NCBI GenBank assembly: GCA_051251855.1
Contig: JBPOGI010000006.1
Coordinates: 160,001-224,000, forward strand
Direction of reading: 5' to 3'
DNA: 64,000 nucleotides
DNA from: Roseibacillus sp.
Lineage (GTDB): Bacteria > Verrucomicrobiota > Verrucomicrobiia > Verrucomicrobiales > Akkermansiaceae
Shown: piece after piece, positions 48,564 through 56,302 of the stretch
Position numbering within the stretch: position 1 is the stretch's first letter
How the letters are laid out: every line of letters begins with the position of its first letter
The notes under the pieces: model-generated
What the model was told of the DNA's origin: nothing
Database searches by the model: none
Seen by the model: only the letters and a program-made list of their open reading frames with translations
Translations under genes and position numbers: made by a program

Positions 48564-49508
48564 TCAGAGGGGAACGGGAGTGTCGGTGAGGATTTGTTCG
48601 ATGATGCCGGCGTTGGTGAGACCTGAGAATTTGGCATCGGGTTCGAGGACGAGACGGTGGGCGATGACGGGGATGGCGAGGGACTGAATGACCTCGGGGG
48701 TGACGAAGTCGCGGCTGTTGAGCAGGGCCATGGCTTGAGCGGTATGCATGAGAGCGAGAGAGGCACGGGGCGAAGCGGGAAGTTTGACCTTTTCGGCACT
48801 GCGGGTGGCATTGACGAGGCTTACGATATAGTGCCGGACTTCGTCAGTGATGGTGACCGCGCGGGCGAGCTGACGGATGGCGAGGAGGTCTTCGCGGCTA
48901 CAGACGGAGGTGAGGTCTTCGAGAGGGTGACGAGTTTGCTGCTCGGAGAGGAGGGCGACTTCTTGTTCGACAGTTAGGTAACCGAGGTCGCATTGCATGG
49001 CGAAGCGATCCATTTGTGCTTCTGGAAGAGGGTAGGTGCCTCGGAATTCGACGGGGTTCTGGGTGGCGACAACGAAGAAAAGTTCGCCGAGGTCGTAGTG
49101 GCGGCCTTCGATGGTGGTTTGGCCCTCAGCCATAGCTTCGAGAAGGGCCGATTGGGTGCGGGGGGAGGCACGGTTGATTTCGTCGGCAAGAAGGAGGTCG
49201 GTGAAGATGGGACCTTGGTGAAAGTTGAATTCGGATTTGGAGGGGTCGAAAACAGAGACCCCGAGGACGTCGGAGGGGAGAAGATCGGGCGTGAATTGCA
49301 GTCGCTTAAAGTTCATGCCGCCAACTGCTTGAGCGAGGGCCTTGGCGAGAGTGGTTTTGCCGGTGCCGGGATAGTCCTCGAGAAGAAGGTGGCCGCCGCT
49401 GATGAGGCAGGCGAGCACTTGACGCACAGCTTCGTCTTGGCCCCGGATTACGGTGGAGATTGCGGCTTCGATTTGATGGAGGGTCTTGGTGGCCTCGGCG
49501 GTCGTCAT
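48564..49508 (-). CDS. MoxR family AAA+ ATPase
   Basis: HLLLEDYPGTGKT, RLQFTPDLLPSD, DEINRASPRTQSALLEAM, ATQNPVE..GTYPLPEAQMDRF. Confidence 0.93.
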   Translation of the reverse strand: MTTAEATKTLHQIEAAISTVIRGQDEAVRQVLACLISGGHLLLEDYPGTGKTTLAKALAQAVGGMNFKRLQFTPDLLPSDVLGVSVFDPSKSEFNFHQGPIFTDLLLADEINRASPRTQSALLEAMAEGQTTIEGRHYDLGELFFVVATQNPVEFRGTYPLPEAQMDRFAMQCDLGYLTVEQEVALLSEQQTRHPLEDLTSVCSREDLLAIRQLARAVTITDEVRHYIVSLVNATRSAEKVKLPASPRASLALMHTAQAMALLNSRDFVTPEVIQSLAIPVIAHRLVLEPDAKFSGLTNAGIIEQILTDTPVPL

Positions 49509-49612
49509 GTGAAGGGAGCTTGGAGTCCGAAAAGGAGGGAGGCAATGTCTTTTGAAAAGAGGAATATGGCTCGAAGCTTGCGATGTGACGGGGGTGGGCT
49601 ACCCTAGGGGCT

Positions 49613-50278
49613 GTGAAACGATTACTTTTCTTTCTATCAGCGCTCCTGATTGGCTGGTTGGGTGCCTATGAGGTGCCTCAGGGCGTGTTGAGTGTAAGCG
49701 AACTGGAGAAAGTTCAACAAAAGGCTAAGGAGAGCGGCAAGCCAGTGGTGTTGGTACTAGCCATCAAGACGCAGCCGGAAACGTGAGAAGATTGTCCAGG
49801 CACCATCAGTTCGTTGGTGAGTAAAGAGGTTTTAGGTTGGTCTCAACCGGTGGCGATTGACCCTTCGGAAGTTTTAGCTTTGCCGTCGGAGGTCCGCACG
49901 GTGATCAAGAGCAAGGTGGGAGTGACGCCCAAGATATTCGTGATGAATCCGAGTCTGACGGAGAGCTATGGGGAGTTCAATTATGAGGAATTGAAGGGGA
50001 GGAACTGGAGCAACATTTTTAAGGAGGCCAAGGGAGCAGTGCGCGTGGCGGTGAGCGGCGGCACTTTCGTGAAGGCAGGAAAGGTGGTGAAGATTGCAGA
50101 CTCGAAAGTGGAGAAGTGGCAAAGCGCGGCCGGTTCGGCAATTGAAGCGAAGTTGGTATCGATTGAGGATGATGAAGTGTTTGTGTTCGAGACGGCAGCG
50201 GGGAAGACGATTCGCGCGACGGCCGATAAGCTGAGCAAAGAGTCGGTCAAAAGAGCGCAAGCTCTCGCCACAGAATAA
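49613..50278 (+). CDS. Probable exported selenoprotein: thioredoxin-like fold (U-E-D-C) plus SHD1-like domain, 221 aa with in-frame TGA at 49784-49786
   Basis: GTG 49613 reads MKRLLFFLSALLIGWLGAYEVPQG...AKESGKPVVLVLAIKTQPET*EDCPG in frame with ORF 49814-50278 (TPKIFV cis-Pro-like loop; WQSAAGSAIEAKLV...GK.....KLS.E SHD1-like). Confidence 0.75.
49801..49819 (+). promoter_or_regulatory. Candidate bacterial SECIS hairpin
   Basis: CACCA-TC-AGTTC-GT-TGGTG starting 14 nt after the TGA, with GU in the apical loop. Confidence 0.45.
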
Positions 50279-50279
50279 G

Positions 50280-51089
50280 GTGAAAAAGAGTGGTTGGCGC
50301 TACTGGGTCTATCGAGCTGTTCGAATGCTCGCTTTCGCTTATGGAACGGTGGTGCTCTATGCGTGTACGATGGCGGACCGCATGATTTTTATGCCCCCAG
50401 AGGCGAGTTACGCTCCTGAGGAAGAGGGAGCGGTGATTTTCGGCGACCAAGGGGAGTTTGCGGGCTTCTATTTTCCCGCTCCGGATGCAGAGGCTCCTAC
50501 TTTGTTGTGGGCCCATGGCAATGCTGAGGATGCTGGCCATGCACGGGGTCTTGCTCGCGGGTTTCAGGCGGAAGGGGTGGGGGTGATGATTTATGACTAT
50601 CCCGGCTACGGACATTCGAAAGGGAAGCCAAGTGAGAAGGGGGCCTATCGCTCGGCGGAGGCGGCTTTTGATTTCGTGACGCGTGAACAAGGTCGAGAGC
50701 CTAAGAGCGTTGTTTTACTTGGGCAGTCGGTCGGAGGGGGGCCTAGTGTTTATCTCGCGGAAAAGGGGGAGGCTGCGGGGTTGGTTTTGATTTCGCCGTT
50801 CAAGTCTGCCTTTCGAGTGGTGACTCGGGTGAAGATTCTTCCTTGGGATCGTTTTGATAATTTAAAGCGAATGAAGTCAGTGGAGCTTCCGCTGCTGGTG
50901 ATTCATGGAAGCGAGGATGAGGTGGTGCCTGCTTCTCATGGGGAGGCGTTGCACAAAGTGCACGAGGGAGAGAAAAAACTGCTGCTCTTGCCAGGGGTGG
51001 GTCACAATGACCTCTGGCCGCTCGCGAGTGAGAAGGTGTTGAGTGAGGTTATCAAGTTTTCTCGAAAAGTGGTGCGGCCGCTCCAGTGA
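50280..51089 (+). CDS. Alpha/beta hydrolase
   Basis: HGNAED, YDYPGYG.S.G.PSE, GQSVGGG nucleophile elbow, HGSEDEVVP, GHND. Confidence 0.9.
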   Translation: MKKSGWRYWVYRAVRMLAFAYGTVVLYACTMADRMIFMPPEASYAPEEEGAVIFGDQGEFAGFYFPAPDAEAPTLLWAHGNAEDAGHARGLARGFQAEGVGVMIYDYPGYGHSKGKPSEKGAYRSAEAAFDFVTREQGREPKSVVLLGQSVGGGPSVYLAEKGEAAGLVLISPFKSAFRVVTRVKILPWDRFDNLKRMKSVELPLLVIHGSEDEVVPASHGEALHKVHEGEKKLLLLPGVGHNDLWPLASEKVLSEVIKFSRKVVRPLQ

Positions 51090-51091
51090 AG

Positions 51092-53137
51092 TTAAAAGGT
51101 GTAGCGGGTAGTTAGGGTGGCGCCGAAGCCGGGTTCGTTGAGGCCGGAACCGTGGATGCGGTAGTCTTCGTCAGTGAGGTTTTGGAGCGAGAAAGTAAAG
51201 TCGAGGTTTTCGGTGGCTTGCCATCCGGCGGCGAGGCTAGCGGTAACGTAGGAAGGAGTGCCTCCGGGTGGGATGCGCTGGGTGTCGCCTCGATCACCCT
51301 CGGAGAGTCGGTTGGCACGAGCGGCGGCGATAAGGCGCGCTTCGGCCCACCAGAGGTTGTTTGGTTCGTAGCGGAGAGCAAGGGAGCCGCGCAAGGGAGA
51401 GAGGCGAGAGACGGGTTCGGTGATGGAGTCGCTGCTGCCAATGAAGGCGGGGCGTTCGGCGTCGCCGTATTGATAGGTGAGGAATCCGGAGAGGGTGAGG
51501 CAGTCGGTGAAGTGGTAGGAGGCTTCTGCTTCGAGGCCTGCAATCCAAGCGTCAGAGCCGTTGGTGGTAATGACGGTAGAGCTACCAGAGGTCTCGGGGA
51601 TGCCGATGATGAGGTCGTCCACGAGGGTGTAGAAGGCGGTGGCTTCGAGCGAAAAGCGGTCGCTGCGGGCGCGGGTGCCGAGCTCGAAGGTGATCGTTTT
51701 CTCGGGGTCGAGGTCGAGACTGCCGAGGGAGGTGAGTCCGCTGCGGGAGGTGACGTTGCCAGAGAGGTCGTTGACGTTGGGGGCGCGAAAGCCTTGGGAG
51801 ACTCCACCGAAGAGAGTCCACGTTTCGTCGAGGTGGAAGAGGGCGCGAGCGTTGAAGACGAGGGCATTCCAGTCGTCGCTGGCGGAGAGGTCGTCGGTGC
51901 CGTTCCAGACTTTGCCGAGGTCGGCCTCGGCGTAGGTGTAGCGCAGCCCGGCGGTGGTCTCGAAGCGGTCGCTCCAAGGGCGACGGGCTTGAGCAAAGAG
52001 GCCGAGGGAGCGGTATTCGGAGTTGTCGGCGAGGGGGCGGCGGGAGCGCGGGTCGCGCCCGGTGCGGGTGCCTTCGGAGTCGATTTGGTCTTGGTAGTAG
52101 TCGAGCCCGTAGACGAGCTGGGAGCCGATGAGTTCGGATTCGGCGACGAGGCTGAGGCCGTAGGTGCGGGTGTCGATATTTTGGCTACGGATGTCAGTGG
52201 CGCTGCGGTCTTGGAACTCGGAGTCTTGTGAAGTTTGGTAAGAGAGGGTGGCGGTGTAGCGGTCGATGGGTCCAGTGAGTAGTTCGTGTTCCAGTTTGAG
52301 GTAAGTGAGGCTGCGTTCTTGGTCGTAGGTGCGGGCGTTGAAGGTGCCGGGAGCGAGGCCCTCCCAGCCGCCGGGGTTGGCGAGGGTGGAGTGCCAGCGG
52401 TTGACGTTATCTTGATTGAGTTGCTGGTGAGCGAGGGTGAGGTGAAGGTTGTCGGCGAGGGCGTATTCCAGTTTGGCATCGAAGTTCTGCTCGGGGTAAC
52501 CGGTGCCGTTCATGCGTCCGTATGCATTGGAGCGCACGTCGCCGAATTCCTTCCAGGTGCCGCCGAGGGTGAGGCCCCACTTTTCCCCTTCGCCGAGGCT
52601 GTACTCGATGCGGCCGAGTTGGGAGTGGGAATTGGTGTCGTAGCGGTAGATGGCTTTTCCTTTTTGGAAGAATCCAGTTTCGTTTTGGTAGCCAGATCCG
52701 ACTGAGAGGGCGTTGACGGTGCCGCCGAGGGCGTCGCTGCCGTAGAGGACAGAGCCTTGGCTTTTGACGAGTTCCAATTGGTCGAGTCCGAAGCCATCAA
52801 TGGTGTTGGCGTATTGGACGGGGCCGGAGCGGAAGGTGGAGTTGTTGAGGCGGATGCCATCGACGAGGTAAAGATTTTGGCGACCAGTGAAGCCGCGAAT
52901 AAAGGGAGAACCGTGGCCGTGAGTGGTTTTTTGCACAGAAACGCCCGGGGTAAGCGCGAGAGCTTCGGGGACGGTGCGGAAGCCTTGTTCGAGAAAGTTC
53001 TCGGCGGTAATGACTTCGGTAAGTTGAGGGGAGTCGTCGCTCTGCTCTTCTAGGCGGGAGGCGGTGACCACGGTTTCTTCGAGGATGGTTTGGGCGGAAA
53101 GAGAGAACGGGAGAATGAGAAGGGCAGTTGCTCGCAT
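51092..53137 (-). CDS. TonB-dependent receptor
   Basis: TonB box ETVVTASR, plug SPFIRG...LVDGIRLNN, SVLYGSDALGGTVN, QGFRAPN, NLTDEDY..H, terminal F. Confidence 0.92.
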   Translation of the reverse strand: MRATALLILPFSLSAQTILEETVVTASRLEEQSDDSPQLTEVITAENFLEQGFRTVPEALALTPGVSVQKTTHGHGSPFIRGFTGRQNLYLVDGIRLNNSTFRSGPVQYANTIDGFGLDQLELVKSQGSVLYGSDALGGTVNALSVGSGYQNETGFFQKGKAIYRYDTNSHSQLGRIEYSLGEGEKWGLTLGGTWKEFGDVRSNAYGRMNGTGYPEQNFDAKLEYALADNLHLTLAHQQLNQDNVNRWHSTLANPGGWEGLAPGTFNARTYDQERSLTYLKLEHELLTGPIDRYTATLSYQTSQDSEFQDRSATDIRSQNIDTRTYGLSLVAESELIGSQLVYGLDYYQDQIDSEGTRTGRDPRSRRPLADNSEYRSLGLFAQARRPWSDRFETTAGLRYTYAEADLGKVWNGTDDLSASDDWNALVFNARALFHLDETWTLFGGVSQGFRAPNVNDLSGNVTSRSGLTSLGSLDLDPEKTITFELGTRARSDRFSLEATAFYTLVDDLIIGIPETSGSSTVITTNGSDAWIAGLEAEASYHFTDCLTLSGFLTYQYGDAERPAFIGSSDSITEPVSRLSPLRGSLALRYEPNNLWWAEARLIAAARANRLSEGDRGDTQRIPPGGTPSYVTASLAAGWQATENLDFTFSLQNLTDEDYRIHGSGLNEPGFGATLTTRYTF

Positions 53138-53323
53138 CGGGCAGGTATACGGTTAGAGGGAGGAGCTTCTTTGAAGAAAATAGCCGAGGCTAGGCTTTTC
53201 TTTAGCGGTGAATTGAGACCGAGGGGAGTGTCGGCGCGCTACTGCGAGAGGGGAATTCTCGCGGAATGGTTGCTTTGAGTCAGCACTCGCCTAAGAGGTT
53301 GTTCAGTGGTAAGGCCGTGTCAG

Positions 53324-54130
53324 ATGCAGGGATTTGAATATGCGGTGCTGGGGGCAAGTTTGTTGCTTTCGGTTGGCTTGCTGCTTGTGTGTTTGTTGCT
53401 TTTTTCGTTTCGAAAGTCTTGGGCGACACAGCCGGGGCGGCATGTGGGGGTGGTAGAGACGCGCCATTTGGGTTGGATTGACATGGCGGGCGTGGGTTTG
53501 ATTTTCGCGATTTATCTCGGGAATTGGATTGATCAGGGGCGGATTCGAAATCCCGAAGTACTGACATATGGGCTGTTAGCTTCGCAGCTGGTCTTGCAAT
53601 TGGGCTTTGTAGGCGTAGTGCTGGGTGTGCTTTATCGGAGGGTGAATTTGGTGTCTTTCTGGGGGCTGAAGCCCGGACGTTACTGGTGGGTAATAGGGGT
53701 GACCCTTACGGGGCTCGTGGGCTACTTTGTTTTCCTAGAGGGTTTGTGGGCCTTTGGATTCGAGGATTGGGCTGCGAGTGCGTTTTTTCGCATCGTGACC
53801 ATGCCTGCGGCAGGAGGCTTGGAGACAGGAGTGGGCTTTTGGGTATTGTGGGGTTTGATTACGGTGGTGGCTGCTCCGGTGATGGAGGAGGTGGTATTTC
53901 GAGGTTATCTCTATCCTGTGCTTAAGCGGATGGGAGGCGCTTGGTTGGCGGCGCTAACGGTGTCAGTATTCTTTGCGGCTGCTCACTTGGAGGGAAGTTA
54001 TTTGCTGGGAAGGTTCGTGCTGAGTCTGATTTTGATTGCGGCCTATGAGTTGACGGGATCGCTGTGGGCTCCGCTCGGGATTCATTTTTTGAACAATGCC
54101 TACGTGTTTTCGGGTAACTTTGTGGAGTGA
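53324..54130 (+). CDS. CPBP (CAAX/Abi) intramembrane glutamic endopeptidase
   Basis: APVMEEVVFRG, FAAAH, TGSLWAPLGIHFLNN. Confidence 0.9.
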   Translation: MQGFEYAVLGASLLLSVGLLLVCLLLFSFRKSWATQPGRHVGVVETRHLGWIDMAGVGLIFAIYLGNWIDQGRIRNPEVLTYGLLASQLVLQLGFVGVVLGVLYRRVNLVSFWGLKPGRYWWVIGVTLTGLVGYFVFLEGLWAFGFEDWAASAFFRIVTMPAAGGLETGVGFWVLWGLITVVAAPVMEEVVFRGYLYPVLKRMGGAWLAALTVSVFFAAAHLEGSYLLGRFVLSLILIAAYELTGSLWAPLGIHFLNNAYVFSGNFVE

Positions 54131-55029
54131 TGGCTGACTGGAGCAAAAGTGAGACCCTGAAAAACCTCGGTGAGGAGGAAGTGGTGCGCCGTTTGGTGGC
54201 GGGTTTGACTCAGGGGAGTCGGGTCTTGGTGGGGCCGGGAGATGATTGCGCAGTGGTCGATAATGGGGGAGAAGAATTGGTCTTGTTGAAGACCGATGCG
54301 GTGGTGGCTGGGGTGCATTTTTTGCAAGAGACCGACTCGAAGCGCGTGGGTTGGAAGGCCGCTGCGCGGGTGGTCAGCGATTTTGGAGCCATGGGAGGTG
54401 AGGCCTGCGAGTTGATGGTGACGCTGGCGGCGGCGGGGGAGACTTCGATAAGTTGGGTGGAGGGATTGTATCAAGGGATAGCTCACTGCGCGGAGGAATA
54501 TGGGGCGAGTATTGTAGGTGGTGAGACGGTGGGGTTGCCGTCGGGGAGTGCGACGATGGTGAGTATCTCAGGGATGGGGAAGGTGGCGCGGGAGAGCTAT
54601 GTGACGCGCGCGGGTGGATGCGCGGGGAATGGGCTGTGGGTGACGGGACGATTGGGAGGAAGCTTTGAAAGTGAGCGTCACTTGGACTTTGTGCCTCGGG
54701 TCCGAGAGGGAAAGTGGTTGGCGAAGCATGCGCGAGCGATGATGGATTTGTCGGATGGGTTGCGAAGGGACTTGCCGCGTCTGGCACGAGCGAGTGGGTG
54801 TGGATTTGCGTTAGAGGCAGATCGCTTGCCTTGTCACGAAGGGTGTTCGGTGGCGCAGGCATTGGGTGACGGAGAGGACATGGAACTCCTCTTTGCTGCT
54901 GAGGAGGGAGAGTGGGTGGCGGAGTTTCGGCGCGCTTTTCCAGAGGTGGAGTTGACGCGGATTGGTTTTTTGGCAAAAGAGGGAGAAGGAGATTTGGGCA
55001 CGGAAGGGTGGCAACACTTTTCGAAGTAG
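54130..55029 (+). CDS. thiL: Thiamine-monophosphate kinase
   Basis: GPGDDCAV, KTDAVVAGVHF, SDFGAMGG, GGET, AMMDLSDGL, GEDMELLF, GWQHF. Confidence 0.93.
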   Translation: MADWSKSETLKNLGEEEVVRRLVAGLTQGSRVLVGPGDDCAVVDNGGEELVLLKTDAVVAGVHFLQETDSKRVGWKAAARVVSDFGAMGGEACELMVTLAAAGETSISWVEGLYQGIAHCAEEYGASIVGGETVGLPSGSATMVSISGMGKVARESYVTRAGGCAGNGLWVTGRLGGSFESERHLDFVPRVREGKWLAKHARAMMDLSDGLRRDLPRLARASGCGFALEADRLPCHEGCSVAQALGDGEDMELLFAAEEGEWVAEFRRAFPEVELTRIGFLAKEGEGDLGTEGWQHFSK

Positions 55030-55035
55030 ATTGAA

Positions 55036-56289
55036 ATGATGGAAGGTCGTGAAAAATTAAACCGCATGCGTCTCTTGGCGACAGGGCTTCTGGTGTTGAT
55101 GGTGATTACCTACGGGGTTTCTCGTAGCTTGGAGGAGACGATGTCGGCGTGGGCGTGGGTAAGAGCGTTTTCGGAAGCAGCGATGGTGGGGGCGTTGGCG
55201 GACTGGTTCGCGGTGACGGCGCTCTTTCGGCACCCTTTGGGTCTTCCTATTCCGCATACCGCGATTGTGAAAAAGGAGAAGAAGCGGATTGGAAATTTAG
55301 TGGGTCAGTTTGTTCGTGGGAGCTTTTTTACAAGGGAAGAAGTGAGTCGGCAGTGGAAGGATTGGAAGCCGGTGGAACGATTGGCGGGTTGGCTGCGGGA
55401 GGAGGAGAATGCCGAGAAGTCGGTGCAACGGGTGGCGGGTGCACTGCCGAGCCTGATGGCAAAGACGGACGGGATGGAGTTGTCGCGTCTAGGTGGGGAG
55501 AAAGTGCGGGAGGGGTTGCAACAGTTGCCGGTAGGTCGTCTCGTGTCGGTCTTGTTGAAAGGTTTTTTGCGGAGTCCCTCTCGTCGGGAGGTTTTGGCTC
55601 CGGTATTGGGCCGTTTGAGTCTGACTGTGTCCGAGAACCGAGATTGGGTGATGGATGAGGCGCGCAAAGGGGCCCCGATGCGAGGGGCGAAGATTTTGGG
55701 AGCGGTGACCGAGGTGGCGGCGATGATGATGTCGGGCAAGGCGGTCGAAAAGCTGTCCACGGAGTTGGAAGCGGCTAGTAAAGACGAGGAGCATCCTCTC
55801 TTTACAAAGATCGAAGAGGCTCTTGGGCAGACTTTGCAGGAATTGGAAGATGGAGAAGGTGGCGAGTGGGAGGCCTTTAAGGAGCGAGTGTTGTCAGACC
55901 CAGAGACGCAGGCGGTGTTGGAGGAAGTGATTCGAGGGGTGGGTCGCTATGTTTTAGCCGAGGCGGAGTCCTTGGAGTCGGGGGGAGACGGGGGGCGCTG
56001 GAGCGAAATGATTTCGGGGGTGGCTCAGCGCTTGGTTGAAGACCCTGAGAAGTTGGCGAATTTGGAGGCTACGGTTGAAAATGGAGTGTCCGGATTCTTT
56101 GAGCGTTACGGCGAGGGGATTGAGCAGATTATCAGCCGCACAGTGGATAGCTGGGAAGCGGATGATTTAATTGAGCGTCTGGAGACGCAGGTGGGACCCG
56201 ATTTACAGTTTATTCGTATCAATGGAACTTTGATAGGTGGATGCGTGGGGTTGTTATTACACGGGGTAGGGATTTTGATTTGGGGGTGA
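55036..56289 (+). CDS. DUF445 family membrane protein
   Basis: EAAMVGALADWFAVTALFRHPLGLPIPHTAI; VGPDLQFIRINGTLIGG. Confidence 0.92.
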   Translation: MMEGREKLNRMRLLATGLLVLMVITYGVSRSLEETMSAWAWVRAFSEAAMVGALADWFAVTALFRHPLGLPIPHTAIVKKEKKRIGNLVGQFVRGSFFTREEVSRQWKDWKPVERLAGWLREEENAEKSVQRVAGALPSLMAKTDGMELSRLGGEKVREGLQQLPVGRLVSVLLKGFLRSPSRREVLAPVLGRLSLTVSENRDWVMDEARKGAPMRGAKILGAVTEVAAMMMSGKAVEKLSTELEAASKDEEHPLFTKIEEALGQTLQELEDGEGGEWEAFKERVLSDPETQAVLEEVIRGVGRYVLAEAESLESGGDGGRWSEMISGVAQRLVEDPEKLANLEATVENGVSGFFERYGEGIEQIISRTVDSWEADDLIERLETQVGPDLQFIRINGTLIGGCVGLLLHGVGILIWG

Positions 56290-56302
56290 AGTTTTCGTTC
56301 CG

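Noticed and set aside
49814..50278. Stand-alone 154-aa ORF from the track
   Set aside because: TTG start without initiation signals; it is the 3' part of the TGA-containing gene starting at 49613
51112..52479. Long Pro/Ser/Thr-rich alternate-frame ORFs (also 24588, 56257, 8937)
   Set aside because: Off-frame readings of C-rich minus-strand genes
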